Source: Schizochytrium sp. TIO01 | Taxonomy: Eukaryota > Protista > Bigyra: Labyrinthulomycetes | Length of the DNA: 64,000 nt | Assembly (NCBI GenBank): GCA_004764695.1 | Contig: SMSO01000032.1 | Location: 4,682,483-4,746,482 of the forward strand | Direction of reading: 5' to 3' | Part shown: positions 11,357-24,683 of the stretch, in pieces | How the letters are laid out: each line of letters starts with the position of its first letter | Position numbering within the stretch: the first letter of the stretch is position 1 | Made by a program: the position numbers and the translations under genes | Notes under the pieces: model-generated | What the model saw: the letters and a program-made list of their open reading frames with translations, nothing else | The model's database searches: none | Told to the model about the DNA's origin: nothing

Positions 11357-12106
11357 TTAGGCGTTGATTGTCCTATACAGCTGATTAGGAAAAAATGACG
11401 ATTCCCAAAAGGGTTTACGGGGGCCAAATAAAAGAAAGCGGCGTGGACTTTGTCGTGTTTCATTTGAGCTTTGCTCGTAGCCAGAGGTGTATAAGTCTGC
11501 TGTCTTGTGATTATTCTTTGCTTTGTTTTCTGATATGGTGGGTCGCCGAGTATTCCAACGCATGAACCGTGGTTTTTGATTTGTTATTGCACGGTGGTGT
11601 GCCTCCTGTACGAGTTCGTCCATCTTAGCAAGGCCAGCGGCAGAGTTTGATTTTGCTTTTTTCACGAGAGCCTCCTCAACACAATCCTGAATGAACGGTA
11701 GATGTTTTTGAACCCCGCACTCTACCTCCCATGAATATTCTGTAGAGGCCCCGTCTTCTGCAGCTCGATATATGCAAGTTTCTTTCGCCGAAAGAACCCC
11801 ATCGTATGTGATATTTTGTGTGTCAAGAATTAAAACTTTCGATTCAGGATCCACAATACTTCGCTCAACAGCGTAGTATGTATCAGAATTGCCAGCAAGT
11901 TTCTGTAAAACACGGGGTACTGGCTGTTGCACGCACATGATTCTTGTGGTACGCAATCGACCCTTTTCATCAACAGTCCTGTCGAGCACTAATGCATCCT
12001 TCACGTGCTGCAAGTCAGGATTCGGGTACTTGCACCAAAACGCAGTTGTTGCGTGCTCCCATGGTACATTAAAAGTATACTGTAAGGAAGCCTTTTTGGG
12101 CATCAC
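11357..12106 (-). CDS. PRELI/MSF1 (Ups/slowmo) family mitochondrial lipid-transfer protein
   Basis: YTFNVPWEHATTAFWCKYPNP..HV...VLDRTVDEKGRLRTTRI...YAVERSIVDP...TQNIT...ETCIY. Confidence 0.9.
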   Translation of the reverse strand: MMPKKASLQYTFNVPWEHATTAFWCKYPNPDLQHVKDALVLDRTVDEKGRLRTTRIMCVQQPVPRVLQKLAGNSDTYYAVERSIVDPESKVLILDTQNITYDGVLSAKETCIYRAAEDGASTEYSWEVECGVQKHLPFIQDCVEEALVKKAKSNSAAGLAKMDELVQEAHHRAITNQKPRFMRWNTRRPTISENKAKNNHKTADLYTSGYEQSSNETRQSPRRFLLFGPRKPFWESSFFPNQLYRTINA

Positions 12107-13262
12107 GACTACTTCGACGTTTTACAAGCAATGAGACTACACAAATAAGGCAGTGTGGTGCAGACACTCTAACCCACGGGAGAAACAAATGATGAAACAA
12201 GTTTAGGTTGCCAAAGGTCTCCGCCTTGGATGGTGTGCTCTTCTTCTGCCGGAGAGCCCTACGTTTTGTTAAACCCGACGATCGCAATTTCGTCTGCGTT
12301 TGACTCCCCTCTCCCTAGGCCGTTTTATATCTCCCCAATGCTCAGTTGCTTCTGCGTATGCTGTAAGAGTGGTGGGTAAAGGCGCCTCTGCGATTTCGCT
12401 TCTGCTTGAGGAGACCAAACACGCGATGCAAAAGTGAAGACACGACGAGCAAGTAATGCTCTATTGCAAAGCACGTTCTGCAATACAAAACAACTTGCTA
12501 GTGTTATCATTAGCATATGCACTATAGTATCACCCTTATGAATTTTTTAAACTCCTTGTAGTAGGGCAATAGTTTCTTCCGGATATCTCTTCAAGGAAGC
12601 CATCCACTGTATGCAAAGTACAAATTCGAGTATGAATACACAATAGCCTCAGATGGTTGCTTTGATTGCAACTTTTATTTGGGTAAAGGCTTTGGCTTTC
12701 GAGGTTAACTTTTTCGGATAGTCGTAGCTCTGTATTGTCTTTTGTCGTCAATAAACCGTAAACTTCCATGAAGGGTGCTGAAGTTGGCAATTTAGAAGAA
12801 AAGATAGGCTGTGATTATGGCGCAAGATGGCGTACAAATGTGGCGGTGCGTTAGCTGGACTAAAGCAGAGAACTGAGAATCCGTTTTTATAAAACATTAA
12901 AAACCTAAAAAACTAAAACTACAAGGTAAAACTTGAGAATAAATCTGTTATGCCTTTGCCTGAACCTACTCCCAGTGCTAGAAACGGTTTAAGAGCGAGC
13001 AGAACTAGAATATGTAATTAAACCAATGCGAGGCCGCCAGTAGATAGAAATAAAACGAAATCAAATAAAAGAACCAAGTTCTGTTGGGTCGTAAAGGATT
13101 AGAAGAGACGTCAAAATGTAGAAAGAAGGAAGCTAAAAGCAAAGGTTGCACTTCATGATTAGTAAGAAAAATGAGCTGAGAAAAATATATAACATTTAAC
13201 AGGAAGACTAAGCACAGGCGAGGTTCTGATTTTCATAAACTTTGCAGATTAGTGAGATAAAT

Positions 13263-13988
13263 TCAAGGCTGCCGAGAGACATAGACTGGTGTGGCCACCG
13301 GAAGCTCGCTAGTGGGACTGACCTGCTGTGTGACCCGATGTTGTGGGTAGTCAGCCTGCTCGGGATCTAAGAAAGGTTTCTGAAACCAAAATGAAGAGGA
13401 AAGTAGCTCTTTGCCATCAACGCGAACAAGTTTTGGTAAAACCATGTCGAAAGCTGGTGATGATACTATCCTCCAGGCATAGTATGTAGACAAAAGGTAA
13501 AGTGCTGTGAGAATTGAGCAAATGGCGATTGACCATCCGTAAATTAATTGTAAAGAATTACAATTTGTGGAGGTAGGCAAACAAAGGTTACCAACAATGC
13601 CGAGGTTGACGAATGTAAAAATAAGAATTGCTACACATCCAAGACTTCCACCGATATGCCAGCGGATCAGGTTCCTATCTCTAACATTGACTCCACGCCA
13701 TGCGCAAATCGCAATGGCTAAAGAGAAAATGAACAAAGTTGCGTAATTTAAGTACATAAGGCCTGTACTTGTGGCATAGAACTGGCTCAAAGCATTTTCT
13801 ACGGAGGAATCTTGATCTATTTTCGCTTGAAGTGCATCTTGATACTCCTCTACTGACTTGAGCCGCCAAACACTATATGTAGCATATATGATAAACGTGA
13901 CAACAGCTAAGGCAAAGAGTCTCTTCGCACGGTAGATGAGATGTGCCTCCTCGCGAGAGAGCCTCGATCGGCTAATTGTTGTAACCAT
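13263..13988 (-). CDS. Hypothetical multi-pass (about 4 TM) membrane protein
   Basis: ORF from MVTTISR with four hydrophobic segments, CAWRG after TM2, a CLPTSTNC loop and a C-terminal PVATPVY tail. Family not recognised. Confidence 0.7.
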   Translation of the reverse strand: MVTTISRSRLSREEAHLIYRAKRLFALAVVTFIIYATYSVWRLKSVEEYQDALQAKIDQDSSVENALSQFYATSTGLMYLNYATLFIFSLAIAICAWRGVNVRDRNLIRWHIGGSLGCVAILIFTFVNLGIVGNLCLPTSTNCNSLQLIYGWSIAICSILTALYLLSTYYAWRIVSSPAFDMVLPKLVRVDGKELLSSSFWFQKPFLDPEQADYPQHRVTQQVSPTSELPVATPVYVSRQP

Positions 13989-15040
13989 CCCAATGCGCAC
14001 AAAATGAAGTAAGGCTATAGCACAACACAACTCAAGTGCTCACGCAAAATCCAGAAAAGCTTGATTGAAGGTGGTTTGCGACGTTGCTGCCAATGTGAAA
14101 GTTTGTGCTCGAAAGTCCTTCTGTTGAGCAAACCTCTGATGCACGTGCACTCAATGGACGCACGTGCCGGTGGCACTCTTTCCTTCGTTTGAGCGCCTGG
14201 ACTTCAGGGGCCCTCGCGAGAAGAACAGCACGCCCGGACACAAATGCACTGATGAGACAGGTAACTTTTGCTTGCGTGCTCTGGGCTTCCCCTTCCCAGT
14301 TTTGGTTTTGAAGGGTTTTCTTTGCCAGCACGAAGGGAACTTGAAGTACTCATTAACATGGCCAGTTTTGTTCTGTAACACTAGGTACCTATGTACTTCT
14401 ATGATTTTGACTAATAGCCCATGCAGATACGTGGGAAATACAGGACACGGCCTTGTGTCTTTCGGGTGTGCACACTCAGCTCGATCGCCGCTGGAATTTT
14501 CAACACCATGGTGGCTACGGCCATGAACTTTTAGAAGACTGACAATAATCGTGCCAAATTGACTAGAAACTATCTGCGATTATGGCTTGGATGATGAAGA
14601 GCAGGCTTCAATGAGAGAGATCTCTCATTCTAGGAAAGCGTGCTAGTCTTGCTGGACGAGTTTGGGATGGCCAGAAAGATTTCGAGGTTATCACAATATG
14701 TTTGGGCACTAGTAGACAGCACTTCTGAATCGATGCATTGGATGGCCTTGCTGGGATGATAATGGCACGGTATCTATAATCAGCAGGAGGAAAGAAGAAA
14801 TTGGCAACTTTTGGCTGCTGTTCCCGCATATGCAACTAAAGATGTGGAGAATGAATACAACCGGTATTGTGATGAGACTAGTTTGGGGAAAGGTGACACC
14901 ATCGTGAAATTTTAGATTTATAGAAGCGCACTTGCAGACAGATCATGTAATGCCAGTAAGAATATTTGATGGAAAACTAAATTTAGAATTTATAAGTATG
15001 CTGATAATATTTTGAAAAAATAGGTATGTGCAATGTCATC

Positions 15041-16078
15041 TTAGTATTGCTCAGGAGGCACCGAGGCGCTGGGCAGCTCAGCCGCAATGCGGGCTACTTC
15101 TCCAGCATCCTCTTCGGTTGACTTTTCCTCACTGGCAGATTTGGATGAATCTTCAGCCTTAACATCCTCGGCAACTTTAGCTTTGGTGTCTCCGGCTGAG
15201 TGGGGTGTAGCTTCCTCGGAAAGCTTACGAGATTTGTTCGGAGACTCTTCCTGGATGTCATCCTCCTTCTTCGTGTCAGGAGTAGGGCTCGGAGCCTTTG
15301 CTGCAAGGTCTGGTAGAAAAGCCCATTTCTCCTCAAAGAGAGCTCGTGCCTCCTCTCCCCGTACAGTGTAGTCGCACTGCTCGTGATACACAGTATTGAA
15401 ATGTCCAAGGCAGCTCACCAGTGGGTCCAAGTAGGTGGACAAGAGGGTGTTAATTGTCAATTTACCCCATCGGCACTTAGGGCATCTCGGCAGCTTGCCC
15501 AGGGTCTGGCCTAAAGCACAGCGGTTCACGAGCTCTTCTTTGGTACCCGAGAGCGGGTAGTTATTGACACGAAGATATTCTTTAAGCTCCTCGACCGGCA
15601 TTCCACCGTAGACTTCGCGAAGGTCTTTCTCAGAAGAGTCGCGCGTGCCGTCCCGAGATGTGAGCTCCATGTTTGCGAGCTTCTCGATCTCCTCCTCCTT
15701 GGCTTCCTGCTCAGCTTCCGCGCGCTTTTGGCGGGCCTGAAGCAGTGCTTCCTTTGCTTTCTCGACCTGGTCATTCGTAAGCGAAGCGGATTTGACAACA
15801 TCATCGAAGGCAACTCCATCTACAGGATACGGCATGCAGTCAAGATGAAAGTAGAAGGGACCCGAGTTGTTCTCTGAGAATGTCCAACGGAGCGTCTCAT
15901 CCTCAATCTTCTGATGGCACGATCTGCATTTAGAGCGGCCCGACTTGGACTCTTCAAGACCAAATTTCTTCACCTTGGTCCTGCCGCCCGGCCCTGCCTC
16001 AAGGACCTCAACTTTCTCCTGCTTGTTCAGATGCGTCGGTGGTTTATCCAGCATCTCAGCTTGCGCGGGAGGGGCCAT
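15041..16078 (-). CDS. PARP-type zinc finger + SAP/PADR1 protein without a catalytic domain
   Basis: EESKSGRSKCRSCHQKI...FHLDC (zf-PARP). ELKEYLRVNNYPLSGTKEELVNRCA..LGKLPRCPKC..GKL...CLGH...C (SAP/PADR1). Confidence 0.85.
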   Translation of the reverse strand: MAPPAQAEMLDKPPTHLNKQEKVEVLEAGPGGRTKVKKFGLEESKSGRSKCRSCHQKIEDETLRWTFSENNSGPFYFHLDCMPYPVDGVAFDDVVKSASLTNDQVEKAKEALLQARQKRAEAEQEAKEEEIEKLANMELTSRDGTRDSSEKDLREVYGGMPVEELKEYLRVNNYPLSGTKEELVNRCALGQTLGKLPRCPKCRWGKLTINTLLSTYLDPLVSCLGHFNTVYHEQCDYTVRGEEARALFEEKWAFLPDLAAKAPSPTPDTKKEDDIQEESPNKSRKLSEEATPHSAGDTKAKVAEDVKAEDSSKSASEEKSTEEDAGEVARIAAELPSASVPPEQY

Positions 16079-17305
16079 TTTTCCTTACCCTACTCTTGGT
16101 GCTTGTCCTCGTCCCTAAATTCCTCCTCGTCGTCAGTACTCTCGGTCTCGTCGTGTTATAGAATTGAGGGACTTGTCTGGTCCGAAGAAATGGATTTGGA
16201 TCATCGCCGGCTCAAAGCCTGACCAGGCGTCCGTGTCTCCACATTCGCCGAAGCTTAGCGCGATATCTTTTTGACGCCTTAAAGTGAACATCGAGTGCCC
16301 TAGGCGTCAGCAATGTTCACATTATGGTCACTTTTTGAAGATCGAGCGAGCTCTGTTGATGCAGGAGGACCGACGCTACGAGAATCACGTGGAGCCACAC
16401 CTAGCTCATTGCAGAAATCCAGAGGAAATCCATGTCACGATCCAAATGCTTGCAGCTACTTCTCCCTGGCCCCTCAGTTCCTGCGCATAACGAGCCGTCC
16501 ATCAGACATCACAGCCATCATCTCGGTCCAAGAGCATGACCGGAAAGGACGACGACCGACTGTGCGATGGGTTGGCTTGCCGACGCTGATGGGGCCTAGT
16601 AGGCTGCGGACCCAAAGCTGGCGGCAGGAGCTCGAAGTCGAGCGAGGGCTGGCGGATGAAGCTGTCGCGTTCAAGCCCAGTGCAATTGGCTAAGGGCCGC
16701 TAGGGAGTGTACGTGGGAACAGACACTGTGCAAGAGAACTCGAAAAGTCCAAGGCCTTCGCAGAGAAAGAAGACTTAGCGAGTCAAAGGCGGTGAGTCTG
16801 CCAGCGTAGCAAAGAGTCAAGAAATTAATCGAAGTAGCGGAGAACTCGAGAACTTGTGTGTAGGTGCTTAGAGCTTGTTACAGGTGCCTAGTGTGCATTT
16901 TGATTGACCATGTGGGTACTTCAAAGAAGCGCGTGCCTTATTTGATATGTCAAAGAATGCTTTTTCCCAAGTGCACGTTCAAGTTTGAGGCTTTCCAAGG
17001 AGGCCTTTTGAGGCACTGTTGCGAACTTGAAATGGAGAGGTTAGTGTGGGCCTGAAATCTAGGGATAGATAGGTAGGCAGTCTTTTGGTGAGACATGCTA
17101 AATCAAAATAATGATAACAATTGTGATGAACTTGAAGATTTGGGGATAAGCGAGGATTATAGAATTATTGAAAGCACGCAAAGTCAGTCTCATCTTTGCT
17201 TGTATTCTGTGGGACAGGGACATGAAGAAGGATTAAGGAACCGACACCTGCTAACTACTTCAGAACTGAAGGTTTTTAGTAAAAAAGGAAAGGTCCAGAG
17301 GCAAC

Positions 17306-19128
17306 TCAGGACTTGGACCAAGCGAGGAATGCGCAGCTGCCGATGTTGAGAAGACCGGCGAGAGCGAAAAGACGAAGGTTACGTGTCCCTTGGACCTCCT
17401 TGAAGACAAATACGGACCACACGGCGTTGATAAGGAAGCAGCCATTTGTTGTGAGTGGATAACTGTAGCAGGCAGGAAAGAATCATGCAAGATATCAATA
17501 TACATCAGCGAAGAGACGCGAAATAGGACAAGAGAAAACGTGCCGGTTAGTATTCAGTGCAACAGCAAAGTCGAAATAGGTTAGGTATTTTCAGGTGACA
17601 TGCCTTGCAAGCAGTGAATTGTTTGCGTGCGCACACAAATCAGTAGGTCAAAGGTGGAATTCAACTGATCCCATCAAAATAAAACGTAACGCAGTCAAGG
17701 GCTGAAACTTTGATCGAGGCTCAGTTGCCGAGTTGGTCAGAACCAACCTGGTCCAATTCGCATCGCCGCTTGCAAGACAAGGGTTTGCTACTCGACTGGT
17801 TGGCAAAACAGCGGAAGCAAGTCTACGAAGAACTGCTACTACTGCAAAGCAATCGGTCGGCCTTTCTTTCACCTGGCTTTTTTTTTAAACACGCAGGAGC
17901 AAAATTAACTTACCCAATACCAAGTCCTAAATCGCTGACAGCAACCATAGATCCCATGGCACCCATTCCCCAGAGCATGCCACTGAGAATACTCGGCGCG
18001 ATCGCCTCCCTGTCAAGGATCAAAGGACGGTTTTGGCGCGATACACAGTAGATAAGAAAGGCTGCAGCCGACATTATGTAAATGCCAAGAAACTGAGAAA
18101 AGCAGAATCGCATCTGATAGATGATATCCGAAATATTTTCCGGTTTCGGATATTGCATGGAATGTACAGTCAACGGAACGAACTGAAAGCCATATAGAGT
18201 ACCTGCAATAAGGCACATAATTACCCCCTCAGTGCGGTTACGAGTCTCCTTATTTTTGAGGACATCAACGCGTCCATTCGTCACGTTCTCGACAGTCTCG
18301 AGAAGATTAATGTACAAAATGTTGGTGTCTTCATTGGACTCAGGCTGCAACAAAGGAGTTGAGACGTCAGATGAAGACTCGGTGCCCTCACTTTGACGGT
18401 CCTGCGAGTCACGGCGGCATGCTGCCGAAGAGATTTGCTGTTGTTGCTGCCGCTGAGACTCGCAGTTATCCTGAATCTCAGTATAATGATCAGCATTGGA
18501 TTCCCCGTTGTCTTCATCACAATTTTCGATATAACTAAACGCTACAAGTGAAAGGACTCCAAGCAGAGCACCAAAATATCCAGCCCAGAGCGGGTGAAGC
18601 TGCTGTGGCTTAAGTCCAAGCATGGTAGATCGACTGGTCAAGAAGGAGACGACCGTTGCTGTACCATTCCAAAGGCTCAAGCCAAGACCAATACCTACGC
18701 GTCTCACGATTGGAATGGTCATTAGATTTCCAAGGCACCACACTACACCACCAAGAATACCTTCTGAAGAGATAAGAGCGTACTTGTCTGGCATGGGAAA
18801 TTTTTCATAGTCCGGGCTGCGAGGGACATCAAGAGAGAATACGAGTGTCATAACTCCAACCAGTAAAATTCCAGTACATTGGAGAAACTGGAAGGTCAAG
18901 CCATCCTCCATGTCTGTTTCAGGATTCGCATAATCACATTTTCACGCCGCAACAAAATGGGTTTCAATATCAAGTTTGTTGTTCAAGCCCCCTTTTTGTT
19001 AGTACCATACACAAAACCTCTGCCATGTGCCTGACTGCACGCAGATATCAAAGTTCACGTACTGTATCTTTTAGTAACAACATAGTTAGAACCCCAAAAC
19101 AAGGACGACAAGAGAACCGCAATCAATC
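17306..19128 (-). CDS. TMEM144: TMEM144-family (DMT superfamily) transporter; exons 19063-19128, 17914-18913, 17306-17462; start-codon exon not located
   Basis: Spliced product GLIAVLLSSLFWGSNYVVTKRYNMEDGLTFQ...GGVVWCLGN...IGLGLSLW...FCFSQFLGI...SGMLWGMG...LGLGIGYPLTTNG..VWSVFVFKEVQGTRNL. Introns are canonical GT-AG and in phase. Confidence 0.85.
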
Positions 19129-22100
19129 CTGCGAAAAGCATCGTAGCAATGTCTGCAGTTTCAAGGCGCCCCTTTTAAAAGCACCTCGATGACGAGCGAC
19201 GAGTTTTATTACAACTCTGCACAAGGCTCTTTCTCGTTTAAGTTTTGCTGACCTCAAGAAACAGTTTTGCTCGACATAAACTTTGCTTTTAGGGTCGTAG
19301 GAAATTGCATACAAAATGTCTAGCACTCCAGCACGTTATCTTGCATAGCCCAGATGCTTCTTTCTTCTGTACATAGAGCTTGTCCAGTGAGCCTTAGACT
19401 CTTTACGCGAGAGGGCGAGTGAGGCTGCCATTGTGTACTAAATAACCAATGAACCAAGAATTTACGAGTCCCTCTTCGATCTTTGGAGTGATCTTGCCCA
19501 AAGTCTCAAAACTTCAACGCGGTCACGCCAGCTCCACAAAGTGCTGATGACTCAATCCTTTAGTATGGCATAACTGCTGAGTTATTGCGGCAGCGATTAT
19601 TTTACAATTAAAAGAAGCAGTGAGTCCTAGCACGAATGACGCTGCCTATTGGTCTTACCAGTAAATGTCGCCTGTCTTCGCGAGCTTCACACCCATCATT
19701 TTCATGATGCTCATCCCCCAGCCTAAACCTTTGGTGTTGTGTACCTCCTCCATACCTAGCTCCACCAAACAACGCTAAATTAAGTTAGATCGTTGTAAAG
19801 TTGTGCTCGCCAGCAGGTTGATTACTCTCCCCCCTTGTAATCGTGCGCGACTCTCTTAAGAGCAGATCACTAAGTAGGTACCTAGTTTCCTACTCCGACG
19901 AAATCATACGTGCAGCTACGACAAGTAGAAGGAAGTGGACATCGTGACGATCTTGAATATTAGGATGACGTTCCGCTACCTTCCAATTGAGCGAAGTTAC
20001 TACAGCGACTCGTAGATGTTATGGTCGCAGCAACTCTGCAATGCAGTGTATATGCAGGACATGCCCACCCTCCTCGTAGCGGTTGCTATCATACGATGAT
20101 GGCGCATGAGCGAACGCCGCTGTCGTGGCAGAGACTCATTTGCGTGATCGCGGCGCATGTTCGGACTTGCGCTGCTACCACAAAGACTACTGGAATCGTT
20201 CAGGCAGCGAGATTGACTGCCTTTAGCAAATCGAATGCATCCTGGTTTAAAGGTGCTTGAAGCCGCTGCCATCAGATCGGAGCAGAGTGGCATTCTGCCC
20301 AGGTATAACGCTCAAGTGGACCTCTGGTTTTGGAGAATTGGCGCTCTAGCTAAGGACAACTCAACTTCACAATTGGGCTGAAAGCCTGTCTTTCTCTGCT
20401 CCCCACAGCACAATTGTCTCGTATGTCGTTAAAGGTCCACTTACATGGCACGGGTTCCCCATTGGTTCCCACAACTTAATGCACACGAGGGCAGACCTGA
20501 CCTAAGTGAAACACGTGCGCCTCTCGAGTCAGAGGCATAATGCTTTGCCAATTTGAAACTCGTAGCCTCAGAAGTGGCCTGGTAGCAGTCGCACTAATCC
20601 TTCAAGTTGATTTCTGGTAGAGGTTTAAAACGTTAGAAATCTTGAGCTAATGTAAATGCTAGGTAGTAGTAGGTGTACTTGAGTGCTGCACAATTTACAC
20701 GACGTGCACAAGTTTGGCTGACTAGGCTACCACGGTATCGTAAGATAGATCCCAAAACCAGGCAGTCTTCAACTTTGATGATAGTTAGCTGGACCTGTGA
20801 GAGAGCTCTTACTACCATTTCTCCCGGCCTGCATTACAGTGTTAGACTTTGCTCCCGTTTAAAGCAAGTCTCTGCTGATCCTTCATATCCTAGATGCAGA
20901 TGCTTCACGTTTGAGTCTAAGATCTGACATCAGCTTATCAGAAACAAACCCAAAGTGCACCTCTGCGCATTACCCTGTCCTGTCAAATACATGCTATATG
21001 TCAAATGCACTAAAGCCACAGCGAGTTTGTGTAGCCGCTCCTCGAATCTTGAAAACACACAAAAACTTTGCCCTTTCATGTTAACATTTCAGCACAAGCG
21101 TCTTCCATTCTAATCCTGTTTACAATTTCGGGAATAGCTAATATTCGTTTTTTGGTGTTTTTAACAAACTTGGGGCATCTGAGAAAAATATTAATAAAGA
21201 AGATTTAAGGATCGCCAAAGGGATGCATAGACTCATTGCAATACTGCAGGCAAGGAATGTGAGCACTGAAAGTCTCGGGAAAGCTACACCTAGGTAGAAC
21301 AACTTTACAGGAAAGCCAACCAATATTAATGAATATATTTACAGCTCTACCTAGCTCGCAAAGTATGTTGCACGTATTTCTTCAGTGTACTGTGGTGATC
21401 GCTATAATTTACAGCTTTTGAAAATATATCAAATAAGAGGAACGTTTGGGTGTTTGCATTCAGAAAGTTCCAGAGGTTATTCACTATGATGATCTAAGTT
21501 CTTACATAGCAATTGACTTCTAGTGAGCAAGCTAAAGGTTCGCATTTGAAATATGTACGTGTACGTCTTTTTCTCTTTTTCTCCCAATATCACAATGAAT
21601 TTCAAACTTGAGCTTTATACATGGCCAAGAGAGCTCCTGAAGGAACTTGTTAGTCTTTTTCTTGGTTCTAAATGGTAAGAAAACCTATCTACCTGCAAGC
21701 TCGCCACAATAAGAATGGTGATGAAGAGTATATAAAAAGCAAACCCCCCTTCATTCTTTGTCACATGATTACTCCGAGCAACAAAGTAGAGTTAACGATT
21801 TGTCAAAGTGTGCAGTCCATGCTTTGGCATTTCAATTGATACCAGCTGGTAGGTATTCTATAAAAATGGTTTTGGAATACTATCCAATGAGCCTTTTGTT
21901 CGTGGTAAAATAGCCACAGCAGCACATTGTTCCTCAGGTTTTAAAAACATATTTTCTTTTGGTGAGTGGAATCCTGCCTCAAAGTTCTCATGGTGAACAA
22001 CATGAACGTACAGCCTGTTCATGCCCCACCTACCACAGAGCAGCATATTATCTTCCTCTATGAAGCAGCACGATTTTTTGCACTACTATTGTTTGTCCAG

Positions 22101-24683
22101 GCTTCCAGTTTCCTTCAAACTCCGAGCAATGCGCAACATTTTGCATCTTCTTCACAGCACAGTATCGTGCAGTTCTTGATATCATACCAAAATTTGCTGC
22201 GCGTTTTGATTCAAAACAAGACGCATGTGATAATCACGCAGCTACTACTCCCTTGCTTGGCTTTGCCTTACTTGGCTGGTTTCTCCAGAGCTTTACTTCC
22301 TGCTTTCCACCAACTAGACAGCTCCCTGGCCTATTTAACCTATAAGTGAAGTTTCCTTAACGAGGCCTTTCCAAGCACCAACGTCATCGGCGGTAGCAAA
22401 CATCAGTACGAACATCATCACTCCATCTTTTGCGCAGTTGCTCCCAGCAGAAGAGATGGCTGGCAAAGGGATTTTTTATTGTTATTTATATTTTCTTTTA
22501 AGCATCTGTGGGCCCAAGAGCTGCTATTACGCAGCAATATGAAACCCTCCTGAAAGAACTGCTCGAGCCTTCGAGCAACACAAGTCAACATCAGCAGGTA
22601 AACTTGAAAACCTGGATCCAAGAGTGCAAGTTCAAGTTGAACTCCGAGTCACTGGCGCTTCTTTTCTCCTCACGCATCGACTATCTATCTACCTGTCTAC
22701 AGTAAACAGTAAGCCTTCGCTGACTGATGTCGGGAATACACACCCCTCCCACATAAGGTACCAAAACACATTCACTTTCCTTCTTTCTTTCTTTCTTTCT
22801 TTCTTAATTCGTTCTTTCTTTTTTTTTTCGTTCTTTCTTTAGTCCAACTTCTAACTTCTGCTATGACGACGGAGGCGCCATTTTAGCGTCTTTCAATCAA
22901 TCTCCAGCGCCCAGGAGCGACTCTGCAGCTGTTGAATAAGCCGTCGCGGGCCCGAGGCATATCTCAGCCGACGGGACTCTGTCCTCAGACTGACCCAAGA
23001 GTAGAGGAGAATAGATCCGAGTTGAGCACAGCAGAGACGAGAACTCTTATTTAGCAAGCAAAAAACAACACAGAAAATAGCGATCAAGTGAGCAGAACAA
23101 ATTTGCCGGTAACATTCGCGCCTCCATCGAAACGGCAGATAGCCTGGTGAACAAGCTGTGTGCAGATACAAGACATGGACCGCCGGACGGGTGCTCGCAG
23201 TTTCTTTCTTTCTTTCTTCCTTTCTTTGTTTAGATTAGGTTGTTGTTGAGGTTGTTGTCCCTCTCCTTCAAGCACGGCCTGATGGGCAGATGAAGCGTGG
23301 GCTCCTCGCGAGAGACTCCTGAATACGGAGCAGCAGCTGCAATGTTTAGACGGTCCACAGAGCCGACGAGCCCTCAAATCAACTGCTCTTCGTTTTGCTG
23401 AAATGAGAAATGTGTTTCGCAGCAATGCACGCGTCTCCAGCGCACCTATGGTAAACTATAGCGAAGGGCGTAAAGTACTAGGACTGTCTCAGTTGGAGAG
23501 GTAATGTAAACTTTGCAGCGGAAGAACTCGAAGAGAAGCACATAACTTGGCGCGTATATAAGATGAAGCAAGCAGGATACGCATGACGCCAATGACGGTG
23601 TGCGGAGTTTGATGGAGCTCGCAACTACAAAACGGAAGTTTTCGTGCCGCTGGCAAAGGAAATCAGTGCGTCCAGGTAGGTCTCTTTCATTTACCAAGAT
23701 TTTATGAATTTTTTAATAATTAAGTTAACATATTTTTAATTTTAAAAATGTGCTTAACTTTGCTGCTGCTATAGTACTTAGCCCTTTCAACTATGATGTA
23801 GGACGCGAATAAAAATGTAAAGTTACCAATTCAGTACTCAGTTTGTGCTGTTCTTTTTCCATTATTTATTTATTCGTTTATTGATGTGTTTATTTTTTTC
23901 TAAATCAATAAGTTACAATAGAAAGCTTTTCTAAAACATAATAATTTTGAGTTGGATAAACCAATGAAATGAAGGGATAAATGAACTCGAATCATGGGTC
24001 AATGATGAAACCAAAGCGCTCCGACTCCACTTGAACGCCTTCTCTCCTCGATACCTTTCAAGCTGCGTACCGCCCAGGGATTCCGCCCAAGCAGCCAGCT
24101 CGCAGGTGGCTGTTCTCGGGCTCCCTGCTCGTGTCAAAGAGTTTCCAGGTACCTACCTACTCGAGCATCTTTCGAACTCGAAATTGAACTCGGAATTCCA
24201 AACCAAACCAAACCAAAAACGGAATCGCAGCCATATCAAGGTTTCGTCAGACTGAGACCGTGTGCCGCTGCTGGCGATAGTCTCAACGGCCTGGGTTCGC
24301 AACTACTTCGCTTGAAGAAGGCAGCGGATCGAGGCACGCGGAGAGGTGTCGGCGCGCGGCGACCCGGCTTTTCGAGGAGGGGCTTTTTGGGACGTCTATT
24401 CGGCATCGACTTCTTTCCATTGACTCGTTCTCCTCGTTCTCTCTGCATCTCTGGTGTACTGAGACTGTATAGTAGATATATAGGAAGTACTACTACGAGC
24501 GGCTTGTTGGACTTGCAGAGGGAAGGGGCCTTACAAGGACGCAGCATCATTGAGCAAATTGCAATTGGCGAGTGAAGAATACATCGTGGAGGAGTTTGAG
24601 GTTCGAGGAGCTCTGACTGACTATACATTGCGGAGTTGTTGATAAGGAAAAGCAGTGATCTGTCGCTTGAGCGATAGATCAAC

